A DNA stretch of 64,000 nt. Origin: Hyalangium minutum (lineage in GTDB: Bacteria; Myxococcota; Myxococcia; Myxococcales; Myxococcaceae). The notes below the pieces were generated by a model. The model saw nothing but the letters and a program-made list of their open reading frames with translations, searched no databases and was not told where the DNA came from. Of the stretch, positions 49,767 through 59,400 are shown one piece after another (position 1 is the first letter of the stretch; every line of letters begins with the position of its first letter). A program made the position numbers and the translations under genes. The stretch is from assembly GCF_000737315.1 (NCBI RefSeq), contig NZ_JMCB01000007.1:124001-188000 (forward strand). Reading direction: 5' to 3'.

Positions 49767-50579
49767 TTACTGCGCCTGCGGCTCCGAGCTTCCACCCTCG
49801 GGCGCGCTGCCTTCGGGGGGCGGCGCGGCGGCCTCGGCCGAACCCTCTCCGCCCTCGGGCTCGTCCGGAATCTCCGGTGCCGTGCCCGCGGCCTCGGCCG
49901 CCTGCTGCGCCTTCACGTCGTCGTCGCTCATGAAGCCGATGGGGCTCTCCGTGCGGTTCAGGAACCGCACCGACTTCTTCGAGAGAGCGAACATCTGCTC
50001 CGCCGTCGCCGCAGGCACCAGGGAGTGCTCGATCTGCGCCGGCTCTGGACGCTCCACCACCGCCAGCGCTCCGTCCTCGAGCTGCTTGGCCTGCGCCGGC
50101 GTCAGCTCCAGCCGCCGCAGCTTCCCCTTGCGCGTCATGAAGTAGAACGCCGTCTCGCCCGGCTCGGTGACCACCTGCGCCCCGAGCACCAGCTCCCGCA
50201 GCGCCTTGTCCAACTCCATCTGCTTCTTGGACTCGATGCGCTGGTACTCCTTGGAGCCCGGCAGCGGAGGAAGCTTGGGGATCGGCTTCTCCGCCGCCGC
50301 CACCGGGGCAGGCCGGCCATGCTGCGGGCGGCCACCACCCTCGCGGCGAGGAGGCGGGCGGTCGTCCCGGCGCTGCGGGCGGTCGTCCCGGCGCTGCGGA
50401 GGCCGGTCCCGGTCGTCCCGGCGCGGAGGCCGGTCGTCCCTCCGAGGTGCGTTGCCCTCGGTGCGCTGGGTCTGGGCAGGGGGCGGGCGGCGGGGGGCCG
50501 GGGCGCTCGCCTCTGCCTTTTTGGCCTCATCCTCGGATACGAGGCCTGCTTTCAGGAGTTTGTCGCGCAGGTTCTGCAT
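49767..50579 (-). CDS. DUF2058-like protein
   Basis: MQNLRDKLLKAGLV start, RRDDRP low-complexity linker, FYFMTRKGKLRRL. Confidence 0.75.
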   Translation of the reverse strand: MQNLRDKLLKAGLVSEDEAKKAEASAPAPRRPPPAQTQRTEGNAPRRDDRPPRRDDRDRPPQRRDDRPQRRDDRPPPRREGGGRPQHGRPAPVAAAEKPIPKLPPLPGSKEYQRIESKKQMELDKALRELVLGAQVVTEPGETAFYFMTRKGKLRRLELTPAQAKQLEDGALAVVERPEPAQIEHSLVPAATAEQMFALSKKSVRFLNRTESPIGFMSDDDVKAQQAAEAAGTAPEIPDEPEGGEGSAEAAAPPPEGSAPEGGSSEPQAQ

Positions 50580-50679
50580 GTGTGGGGGGCGTTCTATCCC
50601 TTGCACAGCGGAGCGCAAGGGGCGCTTGCCGCCTCTGTACGCGCCACATAACTTGCGCTGCCCTTTCGTCGGAGGATCT

Positions 50680-51714
50680 GTGAGCCGTCTCAAGAGGTCC
50701 GCATTCATTGCCGTACTGGCGCTCACTGCCGCCGCCTGCACCGATCCCGTCGATAAGGCCGCCAAGCAGCGCATCTTCTCGCCCGAGGACCCGCCCAAGG
50801 CGGTGGCCTCGGCCGCCGAGAAGCTCGCCCCCGAGGACGTGGCCGACAACCCCTACGTCGCCCGCCGCATCCTCGGCATGGAGGCCGCCGAGATGACCGA
50901 GCGCCTCGGGCCCCATGCCTACAAGGCGAAGATCGACTTCGAGTGGACCACCCAGGAGACCCCGCCCGTGCGCATCTCCGAGACGCGCACCTTCCGCGCC
51001 GGCCCCGGGGGTGTCAGCGGCGACTTCCACGGTCTGCTGGAGAACAATCGCGACCAGGGACTCGAGGTGCTCCGCGTGGGCGGCAAGGTGTTTGCCCGCA
51101 ACCGCTACGGCACCTTCCGCCAGCGTCTGCGCGACCGCGGCATGGGCGAGCGCACCCGCACGGAGCTCACCAGCGCCATGCGCGACATGGACGCGCTCTT
51201 CCAGGGCCGCATCCAGCTGGCGCCCCAGGGCACCGTCACCTACGAGGGCCGCACCGCGTGGCGCTACCAGGTGAAGCTCGGCCCCGAGGCCCACCCGACG
51301 GGCTCTCGCAACCTGCCGTCCATGCTGGAGCCCAAGAACGGCCGCGATGAGACCACGCGCCGCCGCCTCGCCTTCTTCGAGCACCGCGTCCCCAAGAGCC
51401 TGGAGGGCGAGGTGCTGGTGGATGCGGCCACCTCCGTGGTCCTCAAGGTCCGGCTGGATGGAAACCTCTCGGTGCCCGCGGACAAGACACCCGAGACCGC
51501 CGAGCTGCGCATGTCCCTGGAGTCCGCCGTCACCGAGATTGGCCAGGACCCCAAGCTCCAGCCCCCCGAGAAGTTCCTCCCCGACGCCGACAAGCCCGAG
51601 GGCATCGCCGACGCGCTCGACCGCTTCGGCATCCCCCGCGCCAAGGGCGGGACCGATGCCGGTGTCCCTGCCGCCGATGCCGTCCCCGACGAGGACGAGG
51701 GCGACCGCCAGTAG
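50680..51714 (+). CDS. Hypothetical lipoprotein
   Basis: GTG after GGAGG; lipobox AAAC. Confidence 0.8.
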   Translation: MSRLKRSAFIAVLALTAAACTDPVDKAAKQRIFSPEDPPKAVASAAEKLAPEDVADNPYVARRILGMEAAEMTERLGPHAYKAKIDFEWTTQETPPVRISETRTFRAGPGGVSGDFHGLLENNRDQGLEVLRVGGKVFARNRYGTFRQRLRDRGMGERTRTELTSAMRDMDALFQGRIQLAPQGTVTYEGRTAWRYQVKLGPEAHPTGSRNLPSMLEPKNGRDETTRRRLAFFEHRVPKSLEGEVLVDAATSVVLKVRLDGNLSVPADKTPETAELRMSLESAVTEIGQDPKLQPPEKFLPDADKPEGIADALDRFGIPRAKGGTDAGVPAADAVPDEDEGDRQ

Positions 51715-51755
51715 CCGCGCAGAGCGGAATCTTTTGATGTAGGTTGAAGTGCGCG

Positions 51756-51789
51756 CAGCCAGGTCCTACCCGTCAGGGTGGCCTGGCTG
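51756..51789. repeat. Intergenic imperfect hairpin
   Basis: CAGCCAGG..ACCC-GTCA-GGGT..CCTGGCTG. Confidence 0.45.
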
Positions 51790-51985
51790 TCTGCTTTGTG
51801 GCGCACGCCGGGCGGCCAGGGATTTCTCCTCGGGCGCAGGGTGCGCTATGCAGGGTTTTTCCCTCTGAGAGCGCCGTGCTTTCGAGTGCGTCAGGAGCCC
51901 CGGCCCGGCTCTCCTGGAACAGGGCTTCCCCTGGAGCGAGAGCGTTCGCCCGCTACATCTGGGGATCAACCTGTTGGAAGAAAAT

Positions 51986-52013
51986 TTGACCGATCACTTG
52001 CGTCTTCTAGAAT
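51986..52013 (+). promoter_or_regulatory. Near-consensus sigma-70 promoter
   Basis: TTGACC (51986-51991), 16 bp, TAGAAT (52008-52013), with an A-rich tract upstream. Confidence 0.7.
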
Positions 52014-52085
52014 CCCCAACAGTTGCGGCCCAGACGCGTCTGACATGCTCATGTGTTCAGGTGGCGTCACTTCAAGGGAGCGGAG

Positions 52086-52436
52086 ATGGAGCGCAAGGCT
52101 GGTAGCACCACGGTGACGGCGAAGGAGGTCAAGGCGGCGCTGGAGAAGACGCGCACCCTGACGTCCACGGAGGAGAAGGCGTTGCGGATGCGCCATGGTG
52201 CTGGCGCGCCCAGCAAGACGGCTCCGCTGCCTCGCGCCGCGGGCGACAACGAGGAGCTGGCCGACGAGCTGCTCGTCATCGAGATGCAGCTGATGAAGGC
52301 GATGCGCGCTCGCACGGGTCAGACGAAGTCGGGCAGCAAGCCGCAGGTGGCCGCCGCCCGCGCCAGCGAGAAGACGACGTCCTCGGGCAACGCGGCGAAG
52401 GACAAGATCGTCCGCGCGCTGCGCAAGAAGAAGTAG
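52086..52436 (+). CDS. Small protein resembling a degenerate sigma-70 region 4
   Basis: TLTSTEEKALRMRHG resembles RpoD 4.1 (L..RE.KVLRMRFG); IEMQLMKAMR resembles IEAKALRKLR. Confidence 0.75.
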   Translation: MERKAGSTTVTAKEVKAALEKTRTLTSTEEKALRMRHGAGAPSKTAPLPRAAGDNEELADELLVIEMQLMKAMRARTGQTKSGSKPQVAAARASEKTTSSGNAAKDKIVRALRKKK

Positions 52437-52450
52437 TCCCGCAGCCGGGT

Positions 52451-53971
52451 CTACCCGTTGAGTATGGCCACGAGGCGGGCTCCCGCCTCGGGAACGGAGA
52501 GTCCCGTGCCGCTCACCTCCGTGGAGAGCGCCTCCGCGTCGTCGGTGCCTCCCCGTGAGAACAGCCCCTTGAGCCAGGTGCTGGCGGAGGGGTTGCGCCA
52601 GAAGTCCTCGTTGAAGCGCTCCATGAGCCGGGCCGTGAGGCGTGCTTCCAGCGCCCACGCTCGGAGATAGCGCGCCGAGTACAGCTGGGCGTCCACGTCG
52701 AACAGGAAGAAGCCCGGGTGCGGCTCCACCAAGAGCGCCCGACGCTGGCCTGCCGCGTACTCCTCGGCGCGCTCCTCCGAGGGGCCGCGCGTGAAGAGGG
52801 ACAGCTCGTAGGTCAGCTTCGCGCAGTGCCGCCGCAGCACCGCGAGCGCCTGGAACGCCGCCAGCCGCACCGAGTCTTCCGCGGTGGCGGTGGGCAGGTG
52901 CAGGTAGCGCTTGAGCCACTCCGGAGAGAGCAGGAGCCGCTCGGTGAGCGCGGCGTAGGCCTCCGTCACCGAGGCATCCCCCAGGCGGCGCAGCTCCACC
53001 GGGGCCGTCTCCGAGATGTGGGCCAGGTGCTGGGCGTGGCCGTACTCGTGCAGCAGGCCGCCCAGCGCATCCATCCCGCCCTCCAGGTGGATGACGAGGC
53101 GTACCTCGTCTGGCACGCGCACGGCGGCGACGAAGGGACGGCGCGCCTTGCCCTCGCGGCGCTCGTCGTCCACGCGGATGCGCCCGTTGGCCGAGGGGGA
53201 GAGGTTCCACTCGTTCAGCCAGCGCGTCACCGCCGGCATCAGGTCCTCGCGCCGGAAGAAGGCGTCCATCCACGGCGCTCGCAGCGCGGCCTGGAGGTCA
53301 TGCCGCCGCGCATCTCCCGAGGGCAGGGGGCGCAGGGTGGGCTCCACCTTGCGCAGCACGTAGCCGAGCACGTCCCGGTAGGCATCCTCTGTCTTCCGGA
53401 GCGTCTCCTCGGCGGCCTCGGTGAGCTTGTCGAGGGCGATGCCGGAGATTTCCTGGAAGAGGGTGGGGTAGCTCTTCGCGCCGAGGCGTTCGGTGGTCCG
53501 GAGCGCGGCCTCGCGGCGGGCGCCGTAGCGGCCGCGCTCGTTCCAGAGGAAGTTGCCCACGGCCCGCTCCAGCAGGGCCCGGCGGCCGCGCTGGGGCTCG
53601 CGGGGGAGCTGGGACAGCGCCTCGCCGAAGCTGAGCGTCTCCTCATCGATGGGCAGGCTGGCCTGGGCCTCCAGCTTCGCCACGGCCTCGGTGTCGCGTG
53701 CGGCGAGGGCATCCTCCACCTGTCCGGCGACCAGCTCGCGCAGCAGCTGCAGGCGACGCACGGCGAGCACGTCATTCTTGGAGCGTGCCTTCTCCAGCGC
53801 CTCGGTGGCGGCGGCGAAGGTGTCGGGGGAGGAGAGCTCGGGGAAGCTGGCGTGGAGGGCCCCCACAGGGAGCTCCGTGGCGAGTCCCGCGCCGTAGCGG
53901 TAGTGGAGGGTGGCCAGCTCGGCGAGGAAATCGTCCAGCCTCGCACGAAGGGAGTGCACGGGACGGTCCAT
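52451..53971 (-). CDS. M3/M32-like gluzincin metallopeptidase
   Basis: LLHEYGHAQH (HExxH) plus downstream TEAYA glutamate. Confidence 0.75.
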   Translation of the reverse strand: MDRPVHSLRARLDDFLAELATLHYRYGAGLATELPVGALHASFPELSSPDTFAAATEALEKARSKNDVLAVRRLQLLRELVAGQVEDALAARDTEAVAKLEAQASLPIDEETLSFGEALSQLPREPQRGRRALLERAVGNFLWNERGRYGARREAALRTTERLGAKSYPTLFQEISGIALDKLTEAAEETLRKTEDAYRDVLGYVLRKVEPTLRPLPSGDARRHDLQAALRAPWMDAFFRREDLMPAVTRWLNEWNLSPSANGRIRVDDERREGKARRPFVAAVRVPDEVRLVIHLEGGMDALGGLLHEYGHAQHLAHISETAPVELRRLGDASVTEAYAALTERLLLSPEWLKRYLHLPTATAEDSVRLAAFQALAVLRRHCAKLTYELSLFTRGPSEERAEEYAAGQRRALLVEPHPGFFLFDVDAQLYSARYLRAWALEARLTARLMERFNEDFWRNPSASTWLKGLFSRGGTDDAEALSTEVSGTGLSVPEAGARLVAILNG

Positions 53972-54064
53972 GGCGGGCGCACGCTAACAGGAAGTGAGCG
54001 GCAGGGAAGGGGCTCCAGGCATAGAGTGCCGCCACATGACATCCGCGAGGCACGAGGACACCCC

Positions 54065-54991
54065 GTGAAGCGGCGGACCTTCCAGGCCGAGGGCGCCCAG
54101 GTGGGCCGCTCCGTGGTGGAGGCCGTGGCGGCCGAGCTGGGCATGCCCGTGGCGCAGGCGCGGGCCCTGGTGGAGGCGGGAGCCGTGTACCTCGCGGGCC
54201 GCCGCTGCCGGGACCCCGAGGCCCGCCTGCGCGCCGGCCAGGTGGTGGCGGTGGTGCTGGAAGAGGGGGGGCAAAGCCCGCTCGAAGCGCCCCCTCCGCC
54301 CCCGCCGTTCACCGTCTTGCTCGAGGACGCGGCGCTCATCGCCGTGGACAAGCCCGCGGGCATCACCGCGCAGCCCACGGAGGGGCGCGTCGGCGGCAGC
54401 CTGGTGGATCTCGTGAGCGCACGGCTGGGCTCGCCCGCGGGGCTGGTGCACCGGTTGGATCGAGAGACCTCGGGTGTCACCGTCTTTGGAAAGACGGCGC
54501 AGGCCACGAGTGCGCTGGCGGCCGAGTTTCGCGAGGGCCACGCGCGCAAGCGCTACCTGGCGGCCACGGGACCCGGGCTTCCCGAGTCGGGCTCGGTGGA
54601 TCTTCCGCTCTCGAAGGATCCGTCCCGCCCAGGGCGGTGGCGCGCGAGCCGTACCGCGAACGGCCTGCCCGCCCTCACCCACTTCCGGAGGTTGTACGCG
54701 GGCGAGGCGTTCTGCCTCGTGGAGCTGCTGCCGCAGACTGGACGGACGCATCAGCTCCGCGCGCACCTTACGGCGCTGGGAACGCCCATCCTGGGAGACG
54801 CACGTTATGGAGGTGCGGCTCGGGCCGCGGGGCTCGCTGCGCCACGGTGCCTGCTGCACGCGCAGGCCCTGCAGCTGGCACACCCGGACACGAGACAACG
54901 TCTGCTCCTCGAAGCCCCTGTGCCCGAGGATCTCCAGCGCTTCTTTGATCAGGCGGGGATTGCCGCGCCCTCCGGCCTCATTCCGGGCTGA
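54065..54991 (+). CDS. RluA-family pseudouridine synthase with S4-like N-terminus
   Basis: VDKPAG, HRLDRETSG, TGRTHQLRAH, GDARYG, LHA motifs. Confidence 0.95.
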   Translation: MKRRTFQAEGAQVGRSVVEAVAAELGMPVAQARALVEAGAVYLAGRRCRDPEARLRAGQVVAVVLEEGGQSPLEAPPPPPPFTVLLEDAALIAVDKPAGITAQPTEGRVGGSLVDLVSARLGSPAGLVHRLDRETSGVTVFGKTAQATSALAAEFREGHARKRYLAATGPGLPESGSVDLPLSKDPSRPGRWRASRTANGLPALTHFRRLYAGEAFCLVELLPQTGRTHQLRAHLTALGTPILGDARYGGAARAAGLAAPRCLLHAQALQLAHPDTRQRLLLEAPVPEDLQRFFDQAGIAAPSGLIPG

Positions 54992-54996
54992 GCCGC

Positions 54997-55422
54997 TCAG
55001 GTGCGGCGCGCGGCCTCGGTGAGGATGGGACGAGCCTCTTCGAGGCGGAGGATCACCTCGTCGATGGCCGCGGGCACCTGCTCCTGCGCGCCCCGGCTGG
55101 CCAACTGCTCCAGTTCGAGACAGCAGATGCGCATGCGGATGACTCCGAGCACGCCACAGCTTCCAGCGAGTCCGTGCGCCTCGAACTCCAGGGTCTTCAA
55201 GTCTGCCGCCGCCAGGGCTGCCTGCATCCGGCCGATTCGAGCGGTGGCACTCGCGAAGAACTCTCGCACCAGGTCCGCCACGAGCGATGGCGTGCGCGAG
55301 GACTGCAACGCCCGGAGTTGATCCAGGGTCATCGGATCGACCGTGGGTGCTTCAGTGGTCGTGGGTTGTGTCTTGGGAAGTGACAGCGGTCTCTCTCCTG
55401 GGCGCAATCTTAATCGCTTCAT
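54997..55422 (-). CDS. Stand-alone Hpt domain protein (start uncertain: 55422 or 55332)
   Basis: EAHGLAGSCGVLG (H..KGS-like) four-helix Hpt motif. Confidence 0.85.
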   Translation of the reverse strand: MKRLRLRPGERPLSLPKTQPTTTEAPTVDPMTLDQLRALQSSRTPSLVADLVREFFASATARIGRMQAALAAADLKTLEFEAHGLAGSCGVLGVIRMRICCLELEQLASRGAQEQVPAAIDEVILRLEEARPILTEAARRT

Positions 55423-55444
55423 CCCCCGCAGGGGATCACCCACC

Positions 55445-56458
55445 TCATGCCACGCACAGGAAGTCCTTGCCCTCCACCCAGCCGCGATCCGTGAGCCAGG
55501 ACCGGAGTTCCTCGCGAGCCCAGCGAACCCCGACACACACCAGCAGGAGCCCCTCGTCTGGAGGCCCCAACGCGTCTCCCGAGACCACGGGAATTCCATG
55601 GATGCGGGTGCCCACCTTTCGTGGGTGCACCTCCACGAATCGCTGCACGGAGATGCCGTGCTCGCGCAGCAAGCGCGTCATCGTCAGCCCGCTTGGACCC
55701 GCTCCCCAGAGGGTGCACGGCCGCCCGTTCGCCAGGGGTCCAAGCGCGAGGTAGCGCGCCTTCAACCAGGTGAAGCGCCGCACCTTGTAGCGGGGATCCG
55801 TCCGCGTCAGCCTTCCCGAGCTGTCGCGCCAGCGCAGCAGCACCTCGGGCAGGTTCCGCAGGCCATACCCCGCGTGAATCAGCTTGAGCCACAGCGCGTA
55901 GTCCTCGGGAAAGTCTCCGTGCTCCCAGCCACCGGTGGCCACGAGCGGCTCACGCCGCAGGCACACAGAGGGGTGGCACAGGGGGCTCTCGATGAAGCGG
56001 GCCCTCCAGAGATCCTCGGCCGTGGTGAGCCCGTTGAGCCAGGCTGCATACGCCTGGAGCGAGGGGCTCACAGGTTGATCGTCTCGGAACAACTCCACTC
56101 CTGTTCCCACCCCCGCCAGGTGGGAGTCCGCCTCCAAGGCCACCACGCTGGCCTCCAACCGGCGCGGCAGTGCCTCGTCGTCCGCATCCATGCGGGCCAC
56201 GTAGGGGGATGTGGCTTGCGAGAGCCCCAACTGGAGCGCCGCCACCAGCCCCCGCCCCCCTCCGTCCAGCACCTCCACCCGCGAGTCCCGGGTCGCCAGC
56301 CCCTGGAGAACCTCTCGCGTCCTGTCCGTGGAGCCGTCATCCACCGCCAGCACCCGGAGCTCTCTCAGGGTGCCTTCGAGCAAGCTCTCCACGGCTCGGG
56401 CCACGGTGGACTCGGCGTTGCGGGCGGGCAGGAGGACGGTGACGACCGGAGCGGGCAT
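55445..56458 (-). CDS. Glycosyltransferase family 2
   Basis: VTVLLPARNA, VDDGSTD, ARMDADD, EDYALW. Confidence 0.93.
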   Translation of the reverse strand: MPAPVVTVLLPARNAESTVARAVESLLEGTLRELRVLAVDDGSTDRTREVLQGLATRDSRVEVLDGGGRGLVAALQLGLSQATSPYVARMDADDEALPRRLEASVVALEADSHLAGVGTGVELFRDDQPVSPSLQAYAAWLNGLTTAEDLWRARFIESPLCHPSVCLRREPLVATGGWEHGDFPEDYALWLKLIHAGYGLRNLPEVLLRWRDSSGRLTRTDPRYKVRRFTWLKARYLALGPLANGRPCTLWGAGPSGLTMTRLLREHGISVQRFVEVHPRKVGTRIHGIPVVSGDALGPPDEGLLLVCVGVRWAREELRSWLTDRGWVEGKDFLCVA

Positions 56459-56479
56459 CGTGTGTAGACTGCCCCAGCG

Positions 56480-59400
56480 ATGGGTGGCGTGAGAAACGGC
56501 AAGAGTGGTCCCGAGCCCGGAGAGTCCGGTGCTCGCCAGGAGACGCTTGCCGTGGATCCGGCCTCTGCGAAGGCCGACGGCCCGGTGTCCGGCAAGGTGG
56601 AGCAGCACCTCCAGGTGGCCTCGGGCCTGCTGAGGGAGCGGCAAGCCCCCAAGGCCTTTGGCGAGCTGGTGCGCGCCAGCCGGAGCCTGCCCATGACGCG
56701 GCGGCTCGCGGCGGCGCTCGTCGCCGTGTCGCTCCGGGCCGGCACCGAGGCGGCGGCCATCACGATTCTCTCTTCCGCCGTGGGCAAGGCGGAGGGCACG
56801 GTGCGCCGGGATGTGTACCGGCAGCTGGCGCGCGTACTGCGCCGGGTGGAGCAGTTCCCTCGCGCCATCGAGGCCCTGGAGTCGCTGCTGGCTTCGTTCC
56901 CGGGGGACCACGGCTCGCGCCGGGTGCTGCAGCACCTGCTGGAGCGCACCGGGAAGTGGGAGGCGCTCGTCGCCTCGCTGGAGACCGAGGCGCAGGAGGC
57001 TTTCGTGCGCGCGGAGTACGCCCGCGCAGCCCGGGCCGCCAGCTGGCGCGCGAGGATCCAGGCCGAGCAGATGCGCAACCTGGCGCGCGCGGCCGAGAGC
57101 TACGGCAAGGCCGCCAACTACCTGGAGCAGATGGGCGACGCGGGCGGCGCCTTCGCCGTGCGGCTGGATGGGCTCCGGGTGATGCATGGGGCCGGGGCCT
57201 CCGAGGCGGTGCTCACGGCGGCGGCCTCGGTGTGCATGAGCGCGGCGGCCCGGCTGGGACGGGATGCGCAGGCGCGGCAGGTGCTGGAGGAGCTGAAGCT
57301 CATCCCCGTGCAGCCCAAGCCTCCTCCCACCGAGACTTCTCCCGGGTTCGAGCTGGCCACTGCCGCGCTCGATGTGGACGTGCGCAAGGTGGATGTCTTC
57401 CCGCCGGAGCTCGAGTCGTGGCTCGCCCGGCCCGTGAAGCAGATCGCTGAGACGTTGTCTCGGCCCGTGGCGGAGACGCAGCCCGCGCCGCCGAGGGCTC
57501 CGGCTCCCAAGCCGGCGGGACCGTCCGAAGAGGCGGACGTTCCGCGACCGCCCGAGCCACCGCTTCGCGCCTCTCCCTCCGCCTCGCGGACTGCCCGGCC
57601 CGCTGCGACGGTCGAGATGTCCCTGCCGTTGCTCCAGGCGATGATTGCGGCCTCTGCTTCCGGGAAGGGCGTGGGCGCTCCACCGAGCCCCGTTCAGGCA
57701 GCGCCTGCGGTGGCGCCAGCGCAGCCTCCCGCTCCGTCAGCCCCCGCGCCTGTTGAGGCTGCGGTCCCTTCGCCCGAAGCGTCCAGCACGGTCGAGTCCG
57801 CTGCGCCCTCGGCACCTCTTGGTGAGGCTGCCGCGCTCCCGGGTGCCGAGCCCGTCAACCCGGTGGATGCGCATGCCGAGGTTGTTGCGGCGTCGGGCCC
57901 CGAGCCTGTCAGCCCCGTCGAGGGTGAGACGGGGTCTGCTGCGGCACCAAGCCTCGAGCCTGTCAGCTCCATCGAGGGTGAGACGGAGTCTGCTGCGGCA
58001 CCAAGCCCGGAGCCTGTCAGCCCCATCGAGGGTGAGGATGCGGCTGTTGCGGCACCGAGCCTCGAGCCTGTCAGCCCAGTCGAAAGTGAAGCCGAGGCCG
58101 TTGCCGCGCCGAGTTCCGAGCCTGCCAGCTCCGGTGATGATCAGGCCGGGGCTGTTGCAGCACTGGCTGCTGAGCCCACGAGTCCTGCCGGTGCCGAAGC
58201 CCAGGCCGTTGAGGCGCCGAGCGCCGAATCCGTCAGGGCCGCTGAGCCTGAGTCCGAGTCCGTTGAGGTCCCGAGTGCGGAGCCGAGCATTTCTGCCGAG
58301 GCTCCCGCCGAGCCTGCGGCTCCCTCCGCGGAGCAAGTCGAGGCCGCTGCAGTTCCCAGCTCTGAGGTTGCCTCCTCTCCAGCTCCCGAGATCGAGGCCG
58401 CCGAAGCCGCCGCAGCAGCTTCCGGGCCTGCGCAAGCGGAGCCGCCCAGCGCTGAAGCCGAAGACGTGGAAGCCTTCGCTGCTCCTCAGGAGGAAGGGGC
58501 TGCTCCGTCGATGAGCGAGCTGCTGGAGATCCCCGATGAGGGCTCCAGCCACCGCGCACCGCCCGTTGCCTCGCAAGACGGCGAGGAGTCGGGAGAGGAC
58601 TCCGAGGAACCTGACACCTCCGCTCAGGAGCCTTGGGAAGATCCCGAGGCCGAGCATCGGCTGGAGGCGAGCCTCATCGCTCGCAAGTCCTGGCGCGAGC
58701 TGGCCCAGTTCTACCTGTCGCGCGCCGATGCCGCGAAGGACCCGATGCTCCGTGCCGAGGCGCTCACCCGGCTCGCGGAGCTGATGGAGGACGAGCTGGG
58801 CGATCCTTCGGGTGCCGCGCGCATCTACCGGGAGATCGTCACGCTGACGGGCGATCGAGATGCCCTCAAGGAGCAGGTGCGGTTGCTGGGCCAGCGCGGC
58901 GATTCGCAGTTGGTGCGTCGGGCACTCGATGAGGCGGTGCAGACGGCGCGCACGCCCAAGGCCCGCGCTGCTGCCTACCTGACGCGTGCCGAGCGCTCGC
59001 TCGAAGCGGGAGACCCGGCCAAGGCGAAGGCGGACTTCGAGACGGCGGAGGCGCTCACCCCGGGGATGCTCCTGGTGCTCGCGGGGCTGGTGCGCTGCGT
59101 GTCCAACGCCGAGCGGCCCCTCCTGGCCCAGCGCCTGAGGTCCGCGCTCGCCGCGGCTCCGCGCCGCTCTCCGGATCGGCTCGATGCCCTCCGGGTGCTC
59201 GCCTCCGTTGCCGAGGACCTGCTCAAGGACGCCAAGCTGGCCCAGTGGGCGTGGACCGAGGTGCTCGCCGAGGACCCCAGTGAGACCCGAGCACACGAGC
59301 GGCTCCTGGAGCTCGCACGGGCCCTCAAGGACGGTGCGGCCCTCAGCCAGCTCCTGCGTGAGCAGATCTCCCGCGATCCCCGAGGCCCCGCCGCGCGTCA

